Source: a virus
Taxonomy: Duplodnaviria > Heunggongvirae > Uroviricota > Caudoviricetes
Virus record (IMG/VR): IMGVR_UViG_2724679539_000001
Location: 1 to 25,496 of that record
Length of the DNA: 25,496 bases
Strand: one strand, 5' to 3'
Under the pieces are notes generated by a model. It saw nothing but the letters and a program-made list of their open reading frames with translations. It did no database searches and had not been told where the DNA came from. Made by a program: the position numbers and the translations under genes. This document shows positions 9,758-17,071 of the stretch, in pieces (position 1 is the stretch's first letter; each line of letters opens with the position of its first letter).

Positions 9758-9763
9758 TATTAA

Positions 9764-9786
9764 GGGGCCGAGCGCCCCGTTTTATT
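9764..9786 (+). terminator. Candidate terminator hairpin downstream of the S74-domain gene
   Basis: GGGGC-cgagc-GCCCC followed by GTTTTATT. Mirror copy at 15711-15733 on the minus strand. Confidence 0.45.
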
Positions 9787-9793
9787 GGGTAGG

Positions 9794-10087
9794 ATGAAAA
9801 TGGATATAACACCTTTCCTTCATGCACTTTGTGCTGTGGCTGCGCAGCTACTGATTGGTCTTTTTACCGGGAACTGGGCTTACGGTGCGATAGCCGGTTG
9901 TACGTTCTTCATCGCTCGTGAACATACCCAGGCAGAATATCGCTGGATTGAAATGTTCGGGCATGGCAAGCGTATGAATATGCCGTGGTGGGGCGGTTTT
10001 GATCCTCGCGCGTGGGATGTAGCAAGCCTGATGGATTTTGCTGTGCCGGTGGTGGCGTGTTTACTTGTATTTATATTTTTTGAATAA
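9794..10087 (+). CDS. Hypothetical small membrane protein (two predicted transmembrane segments)
   Basis: The ORF track begins at TTG 9785; ATG at 9794 or 9800 (GGTAGGA 5 nt upstream of 9800) is more plausible. Hydrophobic segments FLHALCAVAAQLLIGLF and VPVVACLLVFIFF. Confidence 0.55.
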   Translation: MKMDITPFLHALCAVAAQLLIGLFTGNWAYGAIAGCTFFIAREHTQAEYRWIEMFGHGKRMNMPWWGGFDPRAWDVASLMDFAVPVVACLLVFIFFE

Positions 10088-10092
10088 AATTA

Positions 10093-10119
10093 AGACCCCA
10101 TCTATAACTGATGGGGTCT
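10093..10119. terminator. Bidirectional terminator-like hairpin between the convergent membrane-protein gene and sopB
   Basis: Perfect 10-bp inverted repeat AGACCCCATC-tataact-GATGGGGTCT with A/T-rich flanks on both sides. Mirror copy at 15378-15404. Confidence 0.5.
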
Positions 10120-10135
10120 ATTCTATTTTCTGCTA

Positions 10136-11125
10136 TTAGTTATTTTTTACATCGGAAGAATTTCCAAACGCCTCCTCAAGAATAGATTCAATTTTACTCA
10201 TTAGGTGCGATGGTATTTTTCTGTTATCTAATTTTAATGTTGTGAAATTTTTCCCATATTTCGCCACAACACCGTCTCCATATTTCTTTTCCCTTTTCTC
10301 TCCATGTGAATTGTTTTTCTCAACAATAATGAAATCATGAAGAGCCTGTATTATTCTTTGCGCATCTAAACTTTCACCTGATTTTTTCATCCTCAGCAAC
10401 TGAGATGCAGCATTTTTCATGGCTGCTTCCTGTCCCTGATATGCTTTAAAAAGAGCGTCTCCTGCTCTGGCTGATAACTCACCAGGATGGTTAAATATTG
10501 CCAATATATCTTTAGGTAAACCGGCTGTATTAATACATCGGCTGATAATATTTCTATCCACGCCTTCGGCTTCAGCTAAAGATTTTACGTTACCGTCAAA
10601 TTCATGGAGCCTTCGCAGGTATCTTTTCCCCCTTTCATAGGCGCTGATAGGTCTATAGTCGTTGCCTATCTGCGATAACCATTGCATTTGTTCATCATCT
10701 AAATCGCCAATAAGAACACGATAATCGCATCCAGTTATAATGGCTGCTTTACGTCTTCGAGAACCATCAGCTACTTCAACAATACCTGACACTTTTCTTG
10801 CGAAAGCCGGATTTTGTTGCCCAGAAGTTAGAAAAGATGGAATTAAATCAGCTAGAGAAGATTCATTTAATAAATCTTGATCACGCTCATTACCTAGCCA
10901 TACCATTGTTGCCATTTCTACTTTATCTGCGGGGATCGTCTCTAACTTAAAGTTAACATTACGTCCGCATACTGGCAAAGTTATGCTATTACCGGTTAAT
11001 GAACTCAGTTGACGTTTTAAATCACCAACCATAGGTGATACCGGCTGATGTTCAGGTGCATGATGATTATTACTCATAATGCGATTAATATCCGGAGCAT
11101 TTTTTAGAAGAGAGCGTTGTTTCAT
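10136..11125 (-). CDS. sopB: Partition protein SopB (ParB family, type Ia)
   Basis: 329-aa ORF. N-terminal two-thirds resemble F-plasmid SopB (ITLPVCGR, WxGNERDQ, GQQ.PAF, DGSRRRKAA, NDYRP.SAYERG, FSHPGELSA-like motifs); the C-terminus is divergent. ATG overlaps the sopA stop. Confidence 0.9.
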   Translation of the reverse strand: MKQRSLLKNAPDINRIMSNNHHAPEHQPVSPMVGDLKRQLSSLTGNSITLPVCGRNVNFKLETIPADKVEMATMVWLGNERDQDLLNESSLADLIPSFLTSGQQNPAFARKVSGIVEVADGSRRRKAAIITGCDYRVLIGDLDDEQMQWLSQIGNDYRPISAYERGKRYLRRLHEFDGNVKSLAEAEGVDRNIISRCINTAGLPKDILAIFNHPGELSARAGDALFKAYQGQEAAMKNAASQLLRMKKSGESLDAQRIIQALHDFIIVEKNNSHGEKREKKYGDGVVAKYGKNFTTLKLDNRKIPSHLMSKIESILEEAFGNSSDVKNN

Positions 11126-12291
11126 TCTTCGTTCTCCCAGCGAGGTTTTATTAGATCATCAAAAATTTCTCGACAAACAGGGTCCCATATAGAGACGGCA
11201 TTTCTCCATGCATTAAGTGTTGAACGCTGGTTTGCCGCTTGTTCAAATACTGTTCGCATTTTTATCTGACCTTTACCTACTTCATCGGTAACGCGTACAA
11301 CCTGACGTAATACCATTGATCCCCATGTATTTCTTATTTGCTCTTCCATCCATCGTGATTGATTTCCTGTAGTGAGACTATATTTAGTCAGAAGCAAGCG
11401 AACGGTCGGCTCAAATCCGCCTAGGTCAACGCTTTCTAGGAGATCGAGAAGCATTGTGAAAAACTGTAGAACAGAGGCGTAATCAAATAATTCTGCAGGG
11501 GTAGCAACAACGATAACGTCAGCTGCGCAAACAACGTTAATGGTTCCTGTACCGAGGTTTGGAGCACTATCTATAACGATAACATCGTAGTTATCCCAAA
11601 CTGATTCTATAGCTGCGCGTAGCATCAGGTGAGGAGGGTGAGGCAATTTACCCTGAGCATGATATTGCATGAGATCTGTTTCTATACGGTGTAAAGCTAG
11701 GCAGCTAGGAATAATGTCCAGTCCAGGCCAGCATGTTGGTTTTATAGCATATTCAGCGTTATCGCGTTCGCCCAAGTAAAATGGCAGTAAAGTATCCTCG
11801 GCATGTATATGTAAATCAGGTACATAACCGTGATACATGGAGGCTGTTCCCTGAGGATCGTTACCTTCAACTAAAAGAACACGATGACCTTGTAATGCTA
11901 GCCATTGTGCCTGATGTACTGCAGACGATGTTTTATAAACTCCGCCTTTGTGTGACATAACAGCAAGCACAACTGGGTTTTTATCTTGTGGCCGTTGGTT
12001 TGGGTTGCCAAAAACAGCTCGCATACTATTGATTTGATCTATGGTATAACCGGCACGACGTTCAACTCTTCCTCTCATTTCAAAGTCAGGTGCAGGTAAA
12101 CGCCCGTTCTTCTCAGCATCTCTTATTGCTTGAGGAGTTACACCAATTAAATCTGCTACTTCAGTTATCCCCCATCTACGCGTGATACGCCGAGCTTCAG
12201 GACTATCATCACCGAATTGAGCTATAGCAATTGCTTGGGTCATTTCTTGACCGCGCGTAACACAATCTTGTAATAACTTTTTCAAAGACAT
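11122..12291 (-). CDS. sopA: Partition ATPase SopA (ParA family, type Ia with N-terminal HTH extension)
   Basis: 389-aa ORF with deviant Walker A KGGVYKTS and a long N-terminal extension. High similarity to F/N15 SopA as recalled (LLVEGNDPQGTASMYHG, IDSAPNLG, KGQIRMRTVFEQA-like blocks). GGAG RBS. Confidence 0.95.
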   Translation of the reverse strand: MSLKKLLQDCVTRGQEMTQAIAIAQFGDDSPEARRITRRWGITEVADLIGVTPQAIRDAEKNGRLPAPDFEMRGRVERRAGYTIDQINSMRAVFGNPNQRPQDKNPVVLAVMSHKGGVYKTSSAVHQAQWLALQGHRVLLVEGNDPQGTASMYHGYVPDLHIHAEDTLLPFYLGERDNAEYAIKPTCWPGLDIIPSCLALHRIETDLMQYHAQGKLPHPPHLMLRAAIESVWDNYDVIVIDSAPNLGTGTINVVCAADVIVVATPAELFDYASVLQFFTMLLDLLESVDLGGFEPTVRLLLTKYSLTTGNQSRWMEEQIRNTWGSMVLRQVVRVTDEVGKGQIKMRTVFEQAANQRSTLNAWRNAVSIWDPVCREIFDDLIKPRWENEE

Positions 12292-12312
12292 ACTGTCATC
12301 TCCAGCTTATAA

Positions 12313-12390
12313 CTTTGCTTAATAATTATTGCTTTGCATATTTCTAGCAAATTGACATAGAAAAAGCAAAGTAAAACAAAAAAGGCAAAG
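12313..12390 (-). promoter_or_regulatory. Putative sopAB promoter/operator region with four CTTTGC/GCAAAG hexamers
   Basis: Hexamers at 12313-12318, 12332-12337, 12366-12371 and 12385-12390, immediately upstream of sopA. F SopA is known to autoregulate via CTTTGC repeats overlapping its promoter. Exact -35/-10 not resolved. Confidence 0.45.
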
Positions 12391-12570
12391 ACGAAGATTT
12401 GAACAAAATCATCTTTTGTTTTATCCCTTAAATGCAAAAAAAAACAACGGCAAGATCATAACAAATTGATAATAAAGGATTTTTTAAAAGAAAGGAAATC
12501 GTATAAAACTAGTGAAACATGATGAAAATCATCAATGAGATACGTTTCCTCTATTTATTCTCCTAATCCT

Positions 12571-12720
12571 CACCAACAAAAGAACACAATCAAAGATCGT
12601 AAAACAACAATAATAATTCACACAAAATAAAGAACACAAATACAGAAAACAACAACACAATAAAAACAAGAGAACACAAGCTATAAATATTACACCAATA
12701 GAGAACACTAATCAAGAACA
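12571..12720. repeat. Array of AGAACACA(A) direct repeats flanking the telomere palindrome (left arm)
   Basis: AGAACACAAT at 12581-12590, AGAACACAAA at 12631-12640, AACAACACAA at 12651-12660, AGAACACAAG at 12671-12680, GAGAACACTA at 12701-12710, and GAACA at 12716-12720 abutting the palindrome. Confidence 0.6.
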
Positions 12721-12776
12721 TATCAGCACATAATTTCCCATTATACGCGCGTATAATGGGAAATTATGTGCTGATA
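12721..12776. other. 56-bp perfect palindrome at the symmetry axis; putative protelomerase target / hairpin telomere (telRL/telO-like)
   Basis: Sequence TATCAGCACATAATTTCCCATTATACGCGCGTATAATGGGAAATTATGTGCTGATA. The central 22 bp match the N15 telO core as I recall it; the flanking arms differ from N15 at a few positions. Sits immediately beyond sopA, as telL does in N15. Confidence 0.75.
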
Positions 12777-12926
12777 TGTTCTTGATTAGTGTTCTCTATT
12801 GGTGTAATATTTATAGCTTGTGTTCTCTTGTTTTTATTGTGTTGTTGTTTTCTGTATTTGTGTTCTTTATTTTGTGTGAATTATTATTGTTGTTTTACGA
12901 TCTTTGATTGTGTTCTTTTGTTGGTG
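12777..12926. repeat. Mirror copy of the AGAACACA repeat array (right arm, opposite orientation)
   Basis: Reverse complement of 12571-12720 (TGTGTTCT motifs). Confidence 0.6.
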
Positions 12927-13106
12927 AGGATTAGGAGAATAAATAGAGGAAACGTATCTCATTGATGATTTTCATCATGTTTCACTAGTTTTATACGATT
13001 TCCTTTCTTTTAAAAAATCCTTTATTATCAATTTGTTATGATCTTGCCGTTGTTTTTTTTTGCATTTAAGGGATAAAACAAAAGATGATTTTGTTCAAAT
13101 CTTCGT

Positions 13107-13184
13107 CTTTGCCTTTTTTGTTTTACTTTGCTTTTTCTATGTCAATTTGCTAGAAATATGCAAAGCAATAATTATTAAGCAAAG
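13107..13184 (+). promoter_or_regulatory. Putative sopAB promoter/operator region (mirror copy)
   Basis: Mirror of 12313-12390; CTTTGC/GCAAAG hexamers upstream of the second sopA copy. Confidence 0.45.
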
Positions 13185-13205
13185 TTATAAGCTGGAGATG
13201 ACAGT

Positions 13206-14375
13206 ATGTCTTTGAAAAAGTTATTACAAGATTGTGTTACGCGCGGTCAAGAAATGACCCAAGCAATTGCTATAGCTCAATTCGGTGATGATAGTCCTGA
13301 AGCTCGGCGTATCACGCGTAGATGGGGGATAACTGAAGTAGCAGATTTAATTGGTGTAACTCCTCAAGCAATAAGAGATGCTGAGAAGAACGGGCGTTTA
13401 CCTGCACCTGACTTTGAAATGAGAGGAAGAGTTGAACGTCGTGCCGGTTATACCATAGATCAAATCAATAGTATGCGAGCTGTTTTTGGCAACCCAAACC
13501 AACGGCCACAAGATAAAAACCCAGTTGTGCTTGCTGTTATGTCACACAAAGGCGGAGTTTATAAAACATCGTCTGCAGTACATCAGGCACAATGGCTAGC
13601 ATTACAAGGTCATCGTGTTCTTTTAGTTGAAGGTAACGATCCTCAGGGAACAGCCTCCATGTATCACGGTTATGTACCTGATTTACATATACATGCCGAG
13701 GATACTTTACTGCCATTTTACTTGGGCGAACGCGATAACGCTGAATATGCTATAAAACCAACATGCTGGCCTGGACTGGACATTATTCCTAGCTGCCTAG
13801 CTTTACACCGTATAGAAACAGATCTCATGCAATATCATGCTCAGGGTAAATTGCCTCACCCTCCTCACCTGATGCTACGCGCAGCTATAGAATCAGTTTG
13901 GGATAACTACGATGTTATCGTTATAGATAGTGCTCCAAACCTCGGTACAGGAACCATTAACGTTGTTTGCGCAGCTGACGTTATCGTTGTTGCTACCCCT
14001 GCAGAATTATTTGATTACGCCTCTGTTCTACAGTTTTTCACAATGCTTCTCGATCTCCTAGAAAGCGTTGACCTAGGCGGATTTGAGCCGACCGTTCGCT
14101 TGCTTCTGACTAAATATAGTCTCACTACAGGAAATCAATCACGATGGATGGAAGAGCAAATAAGAAATACATGGGGATCAATGGTATTACGTCAGGTTGT
14201 ACGCGTTACCGATGAAGTAGGTAAAGGTCAGATAAAAATGCGAACAGTATTTGAACAAGCGGCAAACCAGCGTTCAACACTTAATGCATGGAGAAATGCC
14301 GTCTCTATATGGGACCCTGTTTGTCGAGAAATTTTTGATGATCTAATAAAACCTCGCTGGGAGAACGAAGAATGA
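13206..14375 (+). CDS. sopA: Partition ATPase SopA (mirror copy)
   Basis: Protein identical to the 11122-12291 ORF. Confidence 0.95.
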   Translation: MSLKKLLQDCVTRGQEMTQAIAIAQFGDDSPEARRITRRWGITEVADLIGVTPQAIRDAEKNGRLPAPDFEMRGRVERRAGYTIDQINSMRAVFGNPNQRPQDKNPVVLAVMSHKGGVYKTSSAVHQAQWLALQGHRVLLVEGNDPQGTASMYHGYVPDLHIHAEDTLLPFYLGERDNAEYAIKPTCWPGLDIIPSCLALHRIETDLMQYHAQGKLPHPPHLMLRAAIESVWDNYDVIVIDSAPNLGTGTINVVCAADVIVVATPAELFDYASVLQFFTMLLDLLESVDLGGFEPTVRLLLTKYSLTTGNQSRWMEEQIRNTWGSMVLRQVVRVTDEVGKGQIKMRTVFEQAANQRSTLNAWRNAVSIWDPVCREIFDDLIKPRWENEE

Positions 14376-15361
14376 AACAACGCTCTCTTCTAAAAAATGC
14401 TCCGGATATTAATCGCATTATGAGTAATAATCATCATGCACCTGAACATCAGCCGGTATCACCTATGGTTGGTGATTTAAAACGTCAACTGAGTTCATTA
14501 ACCGGTAATAGCATAACTTTGCCAGTATGCGGACGTAATGTTAACTTTAAGTTAGAGACGATCCCCGCAGATAAAGTAGAAATGGCAACAATGGTATGGC
14601 TAGGTAATGAGCGTGATCAAGATTTATTAAATGAATCTTCTCTAGCTGATTTAATTCCATCTTTTCTAACTTCTGGGCAACAAAATCCGGCTTTCGCAAG
14701 AAAAGTGTCAGGTATTGTTGAAGTAGCTGATGGTTCTCGAAGACGTAAAGCAGCCATTATAACTGGATGCGATTATCGTGTTCTTATTGGCGATTTAGAT
14801 GATGAACAAATGCAATGGTTATCGCAGATAGGCAACGACTATAGACCTATCAGCGCCTATGAAAGGGGGAAAAGATACCTGCGAAGGCTCCATGAATTTG
14901 ACGGTAACGTAAAATCTTTAGCTGAAGCCGAAGGCGTGGATAGAAATATTATCAGCCGATGTATTAATACAGCCGGTTTACCTAAAGATATATTGGCAAT
15001 ATTTAACCATCCTGGTGAGTTATCAGCCAGAGCAGGAGACGCTCTTTTTAAAGCATATCAGGGACAGGAAGCAGCCATGAAAAATGCTGCATCTCAGTTG
15101 CTGAGGATGAAAAAATCAGGTGAAAGTTTAGATGCGCAAAGAATAATACAGGCTCTTCATGATTTCATTATTGTTGAGAAAAACAATTCACATGGAGAGA
15201 AAAGGGAAAAGAAATATGGAGACGGTGTTGTGGCGAAATATGGGAAAAATTTCACAACATTAAAATTAGATAACAGAAAAATACCATCGCACCTAATGAG
15301 TAAAATTGAATCTATTCTTGAGGAGGCGTTTGGAAATTCTTCCGATGTAAAAAATAACTAA
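14372..15361 (+). CDS. sopB: Partition protein SopB (mirror copy)
   Basis: Protein identical to the 10136-11125 ORF. Confidence 0.9.
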   Translation: MKQRSLLKNAPDINRIMSNNHHAPEHQPVSPMVGDLKRQLSSLTGNSITLPVCGRNVNFKLETIPADKVEMATMVWLGNERDQDLLNESSLADLIPSFLTSGQQNPAFARKVSGIVEVADGSRRRKAAIITGCDYRVLIGDLDDEQMQWLSQIGNDYRPISAYERGKRYLRRLHEFDGNVKSLAEAEGVDRNIISRCINTAGLPKDILAIFNHPGELSARAGDALFKAYQGQEAAMKNAASQLLRMKKSGESLDAQRIIQALHDFIIVEKNNSHGEKREKKYGDGVVAKYGKNFTTLKLDNRKIPSHLMSKIESILEEAFGNSSDVKNN

Positions 15362-15409
15362 TAGCAGAAAATAGAATAGACCCCATCAGTTATAGATGGG
15401 GTCTTAATT

Positions 15410-15703
15410 TTATTCAAAAAATATAAATACAAGTAAACACGCCACCACCGGCACAGCAAAATCCATCAGGCTTGCTACATCCCACGCGCGAGGATCAAAA
15501 CCGCCCCACCACGGCATATTCATACGCTTGCCATGCCCGAACATTTCAATCCAGCGATATTCTGCCTGGGTATGTTCACGAGCGATGAAGAACGTACAAC
15601 CGGCTATCGCACCGTAAGCCCAGTTCCCGGTAAAAAGACCAATCAGTAGCTGCGCAGCCACAGCACAAAGTGCATGAAGGAAAGGTGTTATATCCATTTT
15701 CAT
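15410..15703 (-). CDS. Hypothetical small membrane protein (mirror copy)
   Basis: Mirror of 9794-10087. Confidence 0.55.
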   Translation of the reverse strand: MKMDITPFLHALCAVAAQLLIGLFTGNWAYGAIAGCTFFIAREHTQAEYRWIEMFGHGKRMNMPWWGGFDPRAWDVASLMDFAVPVVACLLVFIFFE

Positions 15704-15739
15704 CCTACCCAATAAAACGGGGCGCTCGGCCCCTTAATA

Positions 15740-16780
15740 TTATTTAGACGCAAGCGCCGCCTCAATTGCAGATAATCTTTGTCTTAATTCTGCGTTTTCT
15801 TCTTCCAGTGCTGTTATTCTGTCGTCCGACTCTCTGGCTACCTGAACAAGCAAGCCAGTAACACCAGAATAATCTACTGTGTAATACCGTTCACCTTCTT
15901 CTCCATCTAATCCACTCCCGCCGTCTGGATATTTCATCATAGACCCTACGGCTTCGGGGATGGCTTCCAGGGTTTCTTGTGCAATAACACCAGCGTAAGG
16001 CATACCGTTTTCTTTAAGCGTGTATGTATAGCCGTTCATTTTACGAATGCGGTCGGTTGCATTATCGATCACCTGAATATTGTCTTTCAGATCCCGGTCA
16101 GAGCCTTGATTAAATGCACTTGCATTGCACGCGCCGTTAACCGTTAATTCGTAGGTATTGCTGGTAGTTTTCTGTGCGTAGAACATATACAGAGCCTCAT
16201 CTACGCCAACTTCATAAACAACCGGACGGCTAGAATTACCCCATAGTCTAGTTGTTACGCCAGCGTGAGCGGATCCCTGTGTGGTTAATGTCATGGTTGA
16301 CCCATGATTAGCATATTTGATCTGTAATGTGTCGGTGTAATCAAACTTAATAAGCGCGTTACTTCCCCGCACACTATACGACATGAGACAGTTCCCCATT
16401 TTCAGATAGCCTGAAGTACCAGGGAAGATCATTGTTCCGCCGTAAAGGTTGGTAAAATCCCAGCAAATATTTTCACCGTTATCGTTCAGGTTAAGGCGCG
16501 CCATTGCGTTCCCTGGGCTGTCTATCCATTTTTTAAGGTATAGTTCGCAATACGCATCCTCAACACCTGCCGTCCTGTGAGTTGAGCGAAGTTTTCGCCC
16601 AAATATAGCTCCGCTAGTTGGCAGTACCTGCTGATACCATGCAGCAGACCAGTCATTAACGGTTTCATTTTTGCTGTCTACATATGATTTTGTTACGTAG
16701 CTTCCTTGATCGTTTTTTAATTTGCTAACATCGGATTTTAGCGTTTTGATGTCATCAGGAATTACTGTCGATGTAGCCAT
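15740..16780 (-). CDS. Tail fibre-like protein with S74 intramolecular chaperone domain (mirror copy)
   Basis: Protein identical to the 8717-9757 ORF. Confidence 0.7.
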   Translation of the reverse strand: MATSTVIPDDIKTLKSDVSKLKNDQGSYVTKSYVDSKNETVNDWSAAWYQQVLPTSGAIFGRKLRSTHRTAGVEDAYCELYLKKWIDSPGNAMARLNLNDNGENICWDFTNLYGGTMIFPGTSGYLKMGNCLMSYSVRGSNALIKFDYTDTLQIKYANHGSTMTLTTQGSAHAGVTTRLWGNSSRPVVYEVGVDEALYMFYAQKTTSNTYELTVNGACNASAFNQGSDRDLKDNIQVIDNATDRIRKMNGYTYTLKENGMPYAGVIAQETLEAIPEAVGSMMKYPDGGSGLDGEEGERYYTVDYSGVTGLLVQVARESDDRITALEEENAELRQRLSAIEAALASK

Positions 16781-16789
16781 TATTCTTCC

Positions 16790-17071
16790 TCACATCCAGC
16801 CACGAAGTTGATGCTCAACAGCAACCACGTATTCATCGAATATTGACGGTGTTTTCACATCATTAATGATGCGCACGTTTACAAAATATCCGTCTTCCTT
16901 AACACATACCGGCTCGCCATCTTCAGTAAGTTCTCCGGTTTCTTTGTACACGTTACCTATCACGTCAATAAGAATATCATCCTGCATCGACTCGTCATCA
17001 TAATAGCCAGCACTCTCCATAAAGGCCGAAAAGTCGGCCCTGTCTGCAAATTTGAGTGTTAAATCTTTCAT
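16790..17071 (-). CDS. Hypothetical protein, 93 aa (mirror copy)
   Basis: Protein identical to the 8426-8707 ORF. Confidence 0.55.
   Translation of the reverse strand: MKDLTLKFADRADFSAFMESAGYYDDESMQDDILIDVIGNVYKETGELTEDGEPVCVKEDGYFVNVRIINDVKTPSIFDEYVVAVEHQLRGWM

Noticed and set aside
12352-12357. Consensus TTGACA hexamer on the plus strand as a promoter -35 element
   Set aside because: On this arm it points away from sopA toward the telomere, and no acceptable -10 element follows at 16-18 bp spacing. Probably a chance match in AT-rich DNA.
12571-12926. Possible CRISPR-like array (short repeats with spacers near the centre)
   Set aside because: Repeats are only ~9 bp, irregularly spaced (50, 40, 31 bp), appear in mirrored orientation on the two arms, and there are no cas genes. 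Better explained as telomere-flanking binding-site repeats.
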